Source: a virus
Lineage: Duplodnaviria; Caudoviricetes
Direction: 5' to 3' (one strand)
Length of the DNA: 27,260 nucleotides
Virus record (IMG/VR): IMGVR_UViG_3300020045_003128
Span: 1 to 27,260 of that record
Below are positions 8,553 to 16,549 of the stretch, piece after piece. The position numbers were made by a program, and so were the translations under genes. How positions within the stretch are numbered: the first letter of the stretch is position 1; every line of letters begins with the position of its first letter. The notes beneath the pieces are model-generated. The model was not told the origin of the DNA. It searched no databases and was given only the letters and a program-made list of their open reading frames with translations.

Positions 8553-8957
8553 GTGCTTTACCTGGACGCAAATACCGCTTCACAAGTCATTCGGTTATCA
8601 CTGAATGAGGGGAGATTATTTGTTGACACGTACACCCATTATTTAATTCACATTCATGCAAAGGCTACTGAGATTGATTACTATCTCATTGCTGATGTAG
8701 ATGATGAAAATGATCGTGTGACTGAAATAACAATCGGCACGAACGCGAACACGCCTCTTACTTCATCAGTTCTCATTACAGCCTCAGGTGAATACCTGTT
8801 CTACATTTACGGCCAGAATTCATCTACGAATCTTGATCCCACAAATGTTCTTGTAATGGGCTTAGTAGAACAAGGGCAATTGGTAGTCAGGGGAACTCAA
8901 CAGTATTACGAAGAAGACACAACAGTAATTCCAGATGGCGAAGAAACACCAACCTAG
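8553..8957 (+). CDS. Putative head-tail/structural protein (GTG start)
   Basis: G.Y.F.IYGQ.SSTNLDP...VE.G motif; between tail tube and portal. Confidence 0.55.
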   Translation: MLYLDANTASQVIRLSLNEGRLFVDTYTHYLIHIHAKATEIDYYLIADVDDENDRVTEITIGTNANTPLTSSVLITASGEYLFYIYGQNSSTNLDPTNVLVMGLVEQGQLVVRGTQQYYEEDTTVIPDGEETPT

Positions 8958-10617
8958 TACTCCCGCCATTCCAGCCAAAGGCAAATCTGAAATCGTTCGA
9001 TTTGAGATGGCGAAATTCACCCCTGCGGATTCGGGTGAAAAAGAATCTATGTCTTCAGATTGGGTTCCGTATGGCGAAGCAAATCTCTTTCCTCAATACT
9101 TAATCCGACAGGCTCTTTCGTCTCCGGTTCATGGCCCGATGGTTATGTCAATCGCTCAGATGATTGCTGGCAACGGATTTACCGGGGACATTCCCATTTC
9201 AAAATCCGACTTTCAAAATCTCTGTCTTGATCTGAAAATTCAAGGTGGGTTTTTTCTACACTGTTTTCCAACTGCTGACGGAAAGAAAATCGGAAGTATT
9301 AAGCATCTACCTTTTGAGCGTTGCCGGATGATGAAAGAAGTCGGTGATGATATTCCGGGGATTTGGTATTCAAAAGATTGGGAGAATAGAAGTCAGCCAA
9401 AGAACAATCCGATCCCGATTACAACAGCCAGAACAGACGGTGACGCGCCAAAATCATTTGTAGTTTGGGGCTTCCGGCAAACTCCAGGTGTGATGTATTA
9501 CCCAAAACCAGACTACATCTCTGGTATGAATTGGGCGGAAATCACAGCGGAAATTTCAGAGTTTCAAATCAATAATCTTTTGAATGGGTTCTTTCCAGGT
9601 TCGTTCGTTACGATGATTGATGGTGCGAAAACTTTGGAAGAAAAAACAGCGCAAAAACAAAAGCTACAAGCGGCAACCGGAACAAGCGGGGCAGGTAAAA
9701 TGATTATCTTCTCTGCTGAGAACAAAGACTCCGCTCCGATAATCGAACAGGCCGTAGTCAACAACGCAGACAAGCAATATCAATTTCTTTCGGAGGAAGC
9801 GCAGAAACAAATTTTCATCATGCACCGCGTTACAACTCCGCTACTATTCGGGATTCGTGCTTCAGGTGGATTGGGTTCAAACAAAGACGAACTCACTGAG
9901 GGATTGAGAATTTTCACCAAGTATGTCATTCAGCCTTTCAGACAGTTAGTTATAGACACATTTCAATCAGTAGGTTTTGAGATTGGGTTTATGGATGATG
10001 AAGCTGAGATTGAAACTGAAACGTTGTCGATCGATTCTCACAAAATCGAAATGTCCGAATCAGACGAATCTATCTGGCTTGCACATTTGGAAAAGTCAGG
10101 CGAGAAAGTTTCACTTGACGAATGGGAAGTAGTCGAAGAAAGTTTCTGCGACTCACTCAATGAACCGGTTGAAACGAAATTGAAATTAGCCGCTCAACAG
10201 AAATCAGAATTCGGTGATGCTGGTCTTTACAAGTTGAGGTATCGCTACTCAACAAACCTTTCTCCTGAATCAAGAAATTTCTGCAAACGAATGGTTGATC
10301 TTTCAGTTGCCGGAATACTCTACCGAAAAGAGGATATTGATGTAATGAGTGATTCGGGAGTGAACGGACAATTCGCGCCAAGCGGACAAACCACATACGA
10401 CATCTTTAATTGGAAAGGTGGAGTGTATTGCCATCACAAATGGGTTCGTGTAATTTTCCTACGCAAGAGAGACAAGAATGGAAAGATTCTACCGGCATCC
10501 AAAACTGACGAAATGGAGAATGATAAAATAGTAGGCAACAATCCTTACGTTCCGAAAAAAGGAGACGAGGGAGTTCGCCCGATTGACACAGCAAACAGAG
10601 GCTCACTTAAACATTAA
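8935..10617 (+). CDS. Portal protein with a C-terminal MuF-like extension
   Basis: WVPYGEANLFPQYL, YYPKPDY, NN..NGFFP, G.SGAGK, QYQFLSEE, HRVTTPLLFGI portal motifs, then an acidic linker and SRNFCKRM...KGGVYCHHKW. Confidence 0.85.
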   Translation: MAKKHQPSTPAIPAKGKSEIVRFEMAKFTPADSGEKESMSSDWVPYGEANLFPQYLIRQALSSPVHGPMVMSIAQMIAGNGFTGDIPISKSDFQNLCLDLKIQGGFFLHCFPTADGKKIGSIKHLPFERCRMMKEVGDDIPGIWYSKDWENRSQPKNNPIPITTARTDGDAPKSFVVWGFRQTPGVMYYPKPDYISGMNWAEITAEISEFQINNLLNGFFPGSFVTMIDGAKTLEEKTAQKQKLQAATGTSGAGKMIIFSAENKDSAPIIEQAVVNNADKQYQFLSEEAQKQIFIMHRVTTPLLFGIRASGGLGSNKDELTEGLRIFTKYVIQPFRQLVIDTFQSVGFEIGFMDDEAEIETETLSIDSHKIEMSESDESIWLAHLEKSGEKVSLDEWEVVEESFCDSLNEPVETKLKLAAQQKSEFGDAGLYKLRYRYSTNLSPESRNFCKRMVDLSVAGILYRKEDIDVMSDSGVNGQFAPSGQTTYDIFNWKGGVYCHHKWVRVIFLRKRDKNGKILPASKTDEMENDKIVGNNPYVPKKGDEGVRPIDTANRGSLKH

Positions 10618-10620
10618 ACG

Positions 10621-11175
10621 ATGGCGCTCACACCCTCAGTTTTATTTGTCAACGATGAAATGTTGAAGGAATGGACACCCATCAACGGAAGTGTGGATTA
10701 CAAATTTTTGAAACCACACATCATCACCGCTCAGGATAAATACCTCGAGCCGTATCTAGGAACTGCTTTGTATGAAAAGCTAGTGACTGACCATCCTACC
10801 TACTCAGGAGCCTATCTGACTTTGATGGATACCTATGTGAGAAAGGTTGTCACATTCTGGACCATAGTAGAAGCCCTGCCATCATTAAGAGTAAAAATCA
10901 ACAACGGAACTTTGGCCGTTCATTCGAGCGAAGATTGGCAAGCTGCAAGCGAGGGTGAAATGAAAAGAATTATTGACACCCACAAGGGAACCGCTTTGAT
11001 GTACACTCAAAAGATGGTTGATTATCTCTGCTACAACGCTTCAAGTTTCACCGAGTACACTTCTTACTCCGGCACTCAAAGACCACCGAAAACAAATGTT
11101 TATGGTTCGGTGGAAATTGACATCAGCGCAGGAGTGAGAGACGGTCAGCACAAACTCAACAGATTTCTTCCATGA
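10621..11175 (+). CDS. Head-tail adaptor/connector-like protein
   Basis: I.TAQDKYLEPYLGTALYEKL...YLC motif; immediately after the portal. Confidence 0.6.
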   Translation: MALTPSVLFVNDEMLKEWTPINGSVDYKFLKPHIITAQDKYLEPYLGTALYEKLVTDHPTYSGAYLTLMDTYVRKVVTFWTIVEALPSLRVKINNGTLAVHSSEDWQAASEGEMKRIIDTHKGTALMYTQKMVDYLCYNASSFTEYTSYSGTQRPPKTNVYGSVEIDISAGVRDGQHKLNRFLP

Positions 11176-11288
11176 AAGAAAAATTCACCACGAAAAAGAA
11201 TCTCGACAAGCGGGCTGAGTATGCCAGGCGCTTGAAGATTTATTTGAAAAAGATTGATTCCAAAACCATCAAGAAAAATGACACATGA
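11172..11288 (+). CDS. Small basic protein (38 aa, not in ORF track)
   Basis: MKEKFTTKKNLDKRAEYARRLKIYLKKIDSKTIKKNDT; ATGA-coupled to the adaptor and overlapping the next start. Confidence 0.55.
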   Translation: MKEKFTTKKNLDKRAEYARRLKIYLKKIDSKTIKKNDT

Positions 11289-11478
11289 CGAAACCATTTC
11301 CATTATTGTCAAAGGCTCGATAGGCGCAATTTCTGCGACCTTTGGAGTTATCACTTCATTTCAAGAAGATGTTATTTGGGTGCTTAGGGTTATCGCTCTT
11401 TTGGCCGGTATCGGTGTTTCGGTCGCTACTGCAATTTCGGTTTTACGAGGTAAGAAACAACGCCACTTCAAACGATGA
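11278..11478 (+). CDS. Holin-like membrane protein
   Basis: Two hydrophobic segments and a basic C-terminus; lysis-cassette position. Confidence 0.55.
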   Translation: MTHDETISIIVKGSIGAISATFGVITSFQEDVIWVLRVIALLAGIGVSVATAISVLRGKKQRHFKR

Positions 11479-11705
11479 AAGAAATTTTCAAGCGTGATTT
11501 GATTATGGGTGCGCTGGCTGTTTTCGCAATGGTCAATATGCTATTGCTCACATGGATCCTCGCATTCGTTTCGATACCAGAATTGAACCGCGATATTTTC
11601 AACATGGTGGCCGGGGCTGGAGTAGTTGCGAATCTTGGATTGGTGATGAACTTCTTTTTCGGTTCATCGAAGGGGAGCAGAATCAAAGACGAAGAGAGTG
11701 TCTGA
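11475..11705 (+). CDS. Holin-like membrane protein
   Basis: Two TM segments ending in the NFFFGSSKGS..KD motif common in phage holin-like proteins. Confidence 0.65.
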   Translation: MKEIFKRDLIMGALAVFAMVNMLLLTWILAFVSIPELNRDIFNMVAGAGVVANLGLVMNFFFGSSKGSRIKDEESV

Positions 11706-11774
11706 AAAAGGAGTGAACCGGCCCTACTTTCACCCTTAACGATAGCAGTATTTCAGACCTGGCTCAACTGCTGT

Positions 11775-11806
11775 TTTGAATTCATTCGCCAAAAGTATTA
11801 CTATTG
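11775..11806 (+). promoter_or_regulatory. Bacteroidota sigma-A promoter (TTTG-N20-TACTATTG)
   Basis: -33 TTTG at 11775-11778, -7 variant at 11799-11806, then CCCC-ATG11811. Confidence 0.6.
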
Positions 11807-11810
11807 CCCC

Positions 11811-12134
11811 ATGTTTGCAAAGCACCGACACACCCACTATCATTTTCATGGAGTAGATGAATCAGCTTTGCAAGCGATCAACAGCAAACTCAATTTAATC
11901 ATTTCAAAAATCAACAAGACAATGACAGATTTGACAACCCTAACCCAAGAGGTTCAGGAAAATCAAGATGCGATTGCATCAGCAGTAACATTGCTCAACG
12001 GTTTGAAAGCAGCCCTCGATGCGGCTGGTACAGACCCAGCAGCACTACAGGCACTGAGCGATTCTCTGAGTGCAAACACAGACGCACTTGCTGCGGCTGT
12101 GGCTGCGAACACACCGGCAGCACCAGCCGCGTAA
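11811..12134 (+). CDS. Ala-rich coiled-coil protein with a His-rich N-terminus
   Basis: HRHTHYHFHG followed by heptad MTDLTTLTQEVQEN...LAAAVAANTP; has its own promoter and terminator. Confidence 0.75.
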   Translation: MFAKHRHTHYHFHGVDESALQAINSKLNLIISKINKTMTDLTTLTQEVQENQDAIASAVTLLNGLKAALDAAGTDPAALQALSDSLSANTDALAAAVAANTPAAPAA

Positions 12135-12158
12135 AGAGATGTATGGATTCAAATGCTG

Positions 12159-12193
12159 AAAAGGCCTCGGTGAAAATCGGGGCTTTTTCTTTT
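12159..12193 (+). terminator. Rho-independent terminator
   Basis: AAAAGGCCTCGGT-GAAA-ATCGGGGCTTTTT. Confidence 0.85.
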
Positions 12194-12209
12194 CTATTAA
12201 ATTCGCCCC

Positions 12210-12518
12210 ATGAAAAAATTTATCTGGTACATCATCGCAGTTTCTGTAATCGCAATCACAGGCTCAATCCAAAGTTGTGAAGAACCAAAAACCATTTGCC
12301 CGGAAGCGATTTCAGAAATTGACATTTCAATTTACGAGGCATCGCAACTCGGATATCCGATTACTCCATATCTCAACGTTGAGGATTCAATCAATGTAGA
12401 ATCAGATTGCATTTCACAGAAAGCCACAGCGATGATTATTTGCGGACAAATCTTTCTTGCGCAAATGGATTCGGTTCACCTGATGAAGAAAGATTCCGTA
12501 GGTGGGATTAGGCCGTGA
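12210..12518 (+). CDS. Lipoprotein (moron-like)
   Basis: Signal MKKFIWYIIAVSVIAITGSIQS-C followed by acidic EE; preceded by TAAATTCG-CCCC-ATG. Confidence 0.7.
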   Translation: MKKFIWYIIAVSVIAITGSIQSCEEPKTICPEAISEIDISIYEASQLGYPITPYLNVEDSINVESDCISQKATAMIICGQIFLAQMDSVHLMKKDSVGGIRP

Positions 12519-12573
12519 GGCCAGCGCATATCAACTCACGCAGTTGAATGGATTGCGGACATTCACACAATCT

Positions 12574-12607
12574 TGAAAGCCTCTTGAATGGGGCTTTTCA
12601 TTTTTTG
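12574..12607. terminator. Terminator between convergent genes, probably bidirectional
   Basis: TGAAAGCCTC-TTGAAT-GGGGCTTTTCATTTTTT at the convergence of 12210(+) and 12993(-). Confidence 0.7.
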
Positions 12608-12993
12608 ATTTTGACCCACAGATCATCCATTACCTTTTTCACACAAGGAACGCACGTAGATGGTGATAGTGGATTCTTTGGATTCGCTTTGTTCCACCAT
12701 CTGTATAAAATTGTAATGTCAGCAGTATTCGTTTCGATTGCTTTTTTCAACCAGTCGTGAAGTTCTACTCGTTCGTCTTCGGTCAAATGTCCCGACCATT
12801 TTTCAAGAGGGCAACTAAGGGCCGGAATAGCCGCTTTGATTCGCATAAAACAACCACAGAGTTTTCGTTCAACTCCATTGTGAATAATCGTATTTCCAAC
12901 AACAGGAGTTCCGCACGTTCCTACTGAAGAAAAATGCTCACACTTTTCACAGATAGAAATTCTTTCAGAGTAACTCAGGTTTTTTCTATCCAT
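12598..12993 (-). CDS. Cys-rich putative zinc-binding protein
   Basis: R..ICEKC, TCG, CGCFM..KA, CPLEKW and C-terminal CVPC; overlaps the end of the sigma gene. Confidence 0.75.
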   Translation of the reverse strand: MDRKNLSYSERISICEKCEHFSSVGTCGTPVVGNTIIHNGVERKLCGCFMRIKAAIPALSCPLEKWSGHLTEDERVELHDWLKKAIETNTADITILYRWWNKANPKNPLSPSTCVPCVKKVMDDLWVKIKK

Positions 12994-13439
12994 GTTCTTA
13001 ATGTTTTTTTTGAGCGTTGTATTGAAACAAACAAATGCCTCGTTGGAATCTTCGTTTCTTTTGAAAGTTTTCTGTATGAAAAATCATCAAGCGCATACAG
13101 TAAAAAAACTTCCCTGTCAAAGTCTGGTAAAAAGTTGATCGCGTAGTCTATTATTTCATTGTCGAACCTTGCTGAAAAATCAATACTTTCTTTTTTGTTC
13201 ATTACTGATTCAATGGGCGCATGAACTGTACCCGGTCTTAAGGTTTCAAGTTTCATTTTTCCACACATCATCTTAAAAAGAGCGTCAGGATTTTTGAAAA
13301 CTTCATTGATGGTTTCTGATTTTGTGGTGAGAAAATAAATTACTGTTTCTTGCAAGGTGTCATCAGTTGCGCCCCTGATATTTCGACATGCTTTTTTCAA
13401 CTCAGGAAATAGTTGAGCGATGACATCGTTCTTGCACAT
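12975..13439 (-). CDS. ECF-like RNA polymerase sigma factor (sigma70 region 4)
   Basis: DDTLQETVIYFL (region-2-like) and LPDFDREVFLLYALDDFSYRKLSKETKIP...SIQRSKKTLR (region 4 HTH). ATG13439 preferred. Confidence 0.75.
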   Translation of the reverse strand: MCKNDVIAQLFPELKKACRNIRGATDDTLQETVIYFLTTKSETINEVFKNPDALFKMMCGKMKLETLRPGTVHAPIESVMNKKESIDFSARFDNEIIDYAINFLPDFDREVFLLYALDDFSYRKLSKETKIPTRHLFVSIQRSKKTLRTWIEKT

Positions 13440-13444
13440 TGACA

Positions 13445-13458
13445 CAAAGGTACATTTG
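13445..13458. promoter_or_regulatory. Bidirectional overlapping -7 elements (CAAAGGTACATTTG)
   Basis: TACATTTG on + (13451-13458) and TACCTTTG on - (13452-13445), each exactly 5 nt before an ATG. Confidence 0.7.
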
Positions 13459-13463
13459 CGCGA

Positions 13464-14786
13464 ATGAGTTATTTACCGAAGCAATTAGAAGCGTTGGAAT
13501 TTCTTTCCAGGCAATCGCAAGTCGGAAGGGTTTTATACGGTGGTGCGGCTGGTGGTGGAAAGACAGAATTTGGTTGTCGTTGGCAGATTGAACGAAGGTT
13601 GAAGTATCCGAAAACTCGCTCAGTAATTGGCCGCTCTGAATTTCAAACCTTAAGAACAACAACGATGCACACTTTCTTTTCTGTAATTGGAAAAGGACTT
13701 GCGCATTCCCCAGGTTATCAAATGATTTCAGGAGTTCACTATCACTACAACGGAGGAACCCACGTGTTGAAATTCTGCAATGGGTCGGAGATTATTTTCA
13801 AAGACTTAGGAACGTATCCATCAGACCCAAACTTCGACACTTTAGGTTCATTGGAGATCACAGATTATTTCATTGACGAGGCAACAGAGGTAACAACGAG
13901 GGCTGCGGAAATACTTCATTCTCGTTGCCGGTACATGCTCACTGATTACGATTTGATTCCGAAAGGTTTGTTGACATGCAACCCTGCTACCGGATGGATT
14001 TACAATGACGTCTATATGCAATGGAAGAACAAAACACTTTCTGAAAAGTGGGCGTTTGTTCCGGCACTCCCTGGCGACAATCCGTTTCTACCACCAAGCT
14101 ATCTTGAATCATTAAACAACATGCCTGAGTATGACCGGCAACGATTGTTATTCGGCAACTGGGAATTTCACGATGATGATTCGGCTATTTTCAAAGTAGA
14201 AGATTTGCACAGATGCTTCCGAGACGAAAGGGGAATAGGCGAAACTTTCATAAGTGCCGACATCGCAAGAGGTGGTAAGGATAGAACTGTTATCGCAGTG
14301 TGGAGGGGATTTGAAATGATTGAACTGAAGATATTACACAGAGCGAAAATTGATGAATCAGTTTCTATCATTCGCGATCTCATTACAAAACATTTAGTTC
14401 CCCTGAAAAATGTAATCGCTGACGAAGACGGATTAGGTGGTGGCGTAGTGGACTTTTTAAAGTGCAGGGGATTTCACAATGGAATACCACCGAACAATAA
14501 AATTTACGGCAATGCGAAGTCTGAATGTTATTTCCGACTTGCTTTAATGATCGAACAGGGCAAGATTATTTTTTCAGACGGTGATCGAAATTCCATCATT
14601 CGGGAACTTGAAATGGTGCGAAGAGACAAACCTGACGGAGACGGAAAAACAAAAGTGATTCCGAAAACTCAGATGCAATTTTCACCTGACATAGCAGACG
14701 CTTTGATGATGAGAATGTGGTTTGAAACCAATTCTGCAAAAGGTGTAGATGATATTTATGTCGTGAGCATGGGTCGGCAACGCTAA
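13464..14786 (+). CDS. terL: Terminase large subunit
   Basis: Walker A YGGAAGGGKT, Walker B YFIDEATE, coupling motif TCNP, nuclease SADIARGGKD and SPDIADAL. Confidence 0.92.
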   Translation: MSYLPKQLEALEFLSRQSQVGRVLYGGAAGGGKTEFGCRWQIERRLKYPKTRSVIGRSEFQTLRTTTMHTFFSVIGKGLAHSPGYQMISGVHYHYNGGTHVLKFCNGSEIIFKDLGTYPSDPNFDTLGSLEITDYFIDEATEVTTRAAEILHSRCRYMLTDYDLIPKGLLTCNPATGWIYNDVYMQWKNKTLSEKWAFVPALPGDNPFLPPSYLESLNNMPEYDRQRLLFGNWEFHDDDSAIFKVEDLHRCFRDERGIGETFISADIARGGKDRTVIAVWRGFEMIELKILHRAKIDESVSIIRDLITKHLVPLKNVIADEDGLGGGVVDFLKCRGFHNGIPPNNKIYGNAKSECYFRLALMIEQGKIIFSDGDRNSIIRELEMVRRDKPDGDGKTKVIPKTQMQFSPDIADALMMRMWFETNSAKGVDDIYVVSMGRQR

Positions 14787-14910
14787 AATTTTCTTTCGGT
14801 TTTGGCTTCAAAAGCTCTAAAGTTCGTTTTTCCAGTTGTTAAATCTTCGCGCTACAACCCGCGTAAATTCTACAAACTTACTTTTCAGCTAAAAATAATT
14901 TAGGTTTGGA

Positions 14911-14932
14911 GTAAAGAATTGCTTTACTATTG
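14911..14932 (+). promoter_or_regulatory. Early promoter -7 element (TACTATTG) overlapped by palindrome GTAAAG-N5-CTTTAC
   Basis: Palindrome at 14911-14927, -7 variant at 14925-14932; starts a run of small genes. Confidence 0.55.
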
Positions 14933-14972
14933 TCCGGTGAAAGCAACACAGCTTCACTTAAAAATTAGCAAG

Positions 14973-15170
14973 ATGAAAAAAGTAACAGTCACAATCAGGA
15001 ACCAAGAATTTCACCCGGATTTTCTTTGCACACTATTCACCGAAAAAGTATGCGGCAATGTGGAAGAATACAAAAAAGACCCAAACTGTTGGGCAGACCT
15101 GTGGGCAAAGGATAGCGACATGACCGAATCAGAACAGCTCGCTTTCATATACGCAATCAACTTTTGTTAG
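14973..15170 (+). CDS. Hypothetical early protein
   Basis: ATG14973 in A-rich context after the promoter. Confidence 0.6.
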   Translation: MKKVTVTIRNQEFHPDFLCTLFTEKVCGNVEEYKKDPNCWADLWAKDSDMTESEQLAFIYAINFC

Positions 15171-15236
15171 CCGCTGTTTCGCTAATTCAGCGGAACCCGA
15201 TTGCCCTGCGTTGAGATAGTCGCGGGGTTTTCGGTT
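15171..15236 (+). terminator. Two hairpins, the second terminator-like
   Basis: CCGCTG...CAGCGG (15171-15193), then CCCTGCG...CGCGGGG-TTTT. Confidence 0.5.
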
Positions 15237-15264
15237 GAAAGAAGTTCACAAACAAAAACAGAAT

Positions 15265-15429
15265 ATGATGAAACATTACAAAGCAGTTATCACGGATGAA
15301 AAATCAACACAGTTTGGTTTGACAATCGCGACAACAAAATCCAGCAAGTACAAAAACATGACGCTTGCAGAGTTTGAAGAAGCAACGAAATCCATTTCAG
15401 CTTTACGTATTTCAATTCGCCCGCTATGA
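15265..15429 (+). CDS. Hypothetical protein
   Basis: A-rich start; ATGA coupling to the next gene. Confidence 0.55.
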   Translation: MMKHYKAVITDEKSTQFGLTIATTKSSKYKNMTLAEFEEATKSISALRISIRPL

Positions 15430-15629
15430 CTGAGAAACTGAAAGCAAGATTGGCGCGAATCGAAAAGGAACTTGAAAAGGTTCGTGGATGCAGCCCGCTT
15501 ACTCACGGATGGCAGACGATGAAATACGCGAAGGCTTCAAGAAAGTGGGACGTGCTTGCACAAGAGAAAAGAGAAATTTTAGCACAGATAGAAAATGAAA
15601 GTACGATTCATCTCACTGAGAAAATATAA
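15426..15629 (+). CDS. Hypothetical protein
   Basis: Coupled ORF in a co-oriented run. Confidence 0.6.
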   Translation: MTEKLKARLARIEKELEKVRGCSPLTHGWQTMKYAKASRKWDVLAQEKREILAQIENESTIHLTEKI

Positions 15630-15834
15630 AATGTGCATTCCCTTTTCACACAGAATAAAGGGGTTCATCACATTCAAAAAGTATTGGCGCGGGCAGATAT
15701 GGAAACTCATGTTCATGCACGAGTATGGAATCGAACTCGACTTTCGGAGCGGAGACTTTTTAGAGAGTATGCTCAACGCAAAAGAAAAAATACAATTCAG
15801 GATTCGTAAAGACTTACTGAAAAGAAAAAACTAA
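15595..15834 (+). CDS. Hypothetical protein
   Basis: Co-oriented ORF; start could be 15631. Confidence 0.5.
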   Translation: MKVRFISLRKYKMCIPFSHRIKGFITFKKYWRGQIWKLMFMHEYGIELDFRSGDFLESMLNAKEKIQFRIRKDLLKRKN

Positions 15835-15852
15835 CCAGCAAAACAAAGAGAG

Positions 15853-16014
15853 ATGAGCCAGCCCAAAATTCAATCAACGGTTATGCCCGATGAACGAATG
15901 AGTTTCAACTGCTGGCATATTTATCTCAGAGAATTCAACAACAAACAATTCATAAAACAGAAACAAGATGAAAATCAAAACGACAAAAACAGTAACGGAA
16001 GAACACGAAGTTGA
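15853..16014 (+). CDS. Small hypothetical protein (53 aa, not in ORF track)
   Basis: MSQPKIQSTVMPDERMSFNCWHIYLREF...; fills the gap and has an A-rich start. Confidence 0.5.
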   Translation: MSQPKIQSTVMPDERMSFNCWHIYLREFNNKQFIKQKQDENQNDKNSNGRTRS

Positions 16015-16231
16015 ACTCCCTCTTTACAGAAAAGGAAGCGTCTTTTTCTTCAGGGTATTTTCAGAAACAAAATGCTTGCAAGTCTGCCTACATAAACACG
16101 CAGACACAGCCATTCAAATATGCTATTCGGGCATGGCTTGGACAATAAGCGATGTTGAGGATTGTACGAAAGAAGAATTCGATGCGGCTTACAAATCTGC
16201 CGTTGAGCAACTAACAGCGATTGCCGAATGA
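15968..16231 (+). CDS. Hypothetical protein
   Basis: Coupled ORF with A-rich start. Confidence 0.65.
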   Translation: MKIKTTKTVTEEHEVELPLYRKGSVFFFRVFSETKCLQVCLHKHADTAIQICYSGMAWTISDVEDCTKEEFDAAYKSAVEQLTAIAE

Positions 16232-16530
16232 AACTCCTCCTCTCAGAAATCCAGAATGATTTTGAATGGTGTTTCGACCATCCAGGGAAACCGCGAACTG
16301 TTGAAATTGACCACTCAGATTCGTTCGTGAGATTTGATTTGAAAACCTATGTCAAAGTAGTTGTTGACCGTGAAGCAACACAACTAGAGCCGGAAGAAAG
16401 TCATTACGAAGGAATGTTCTTCATAGATAATCTTGAATCCTTCGACCAAGACGGCAACCCTACGGAGACTTCTTTCCGCGAAGTTTACTCAGCAGTGAAA
16501 GAATGTTTTGAAGAAAAATATGGATTGTAA
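16228..16530 (+). CDS. Hypothetical acidic protein
   Basis: ATGA-coupled ORF. Confidence 0.65.
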   Translation: MKLLLSEIQNDFEWCFDHPGKPRTVEIDHSDSFVRFDLKTYVKVVVDREATQLEPEESHYEGMFFIDNLESFDQDGNPTETSFREVYSAVKECFEEKYGL

Positions 16531-16549
16531 AAATTTAAACCAAACAAAT

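Noticed and set aside
12531-12565. Small hairpins (TCAACT/AGTTGA, TGAATG/CATTCA) as a possible sRNA
   Set aside because: 6-bp stems are expected by chance and no separate promoter is evident.
12548-12760. Plus-strand 70-aa ORF
   Set aside because: Crosses a terminator and is antisense to the Cys-rich gene.
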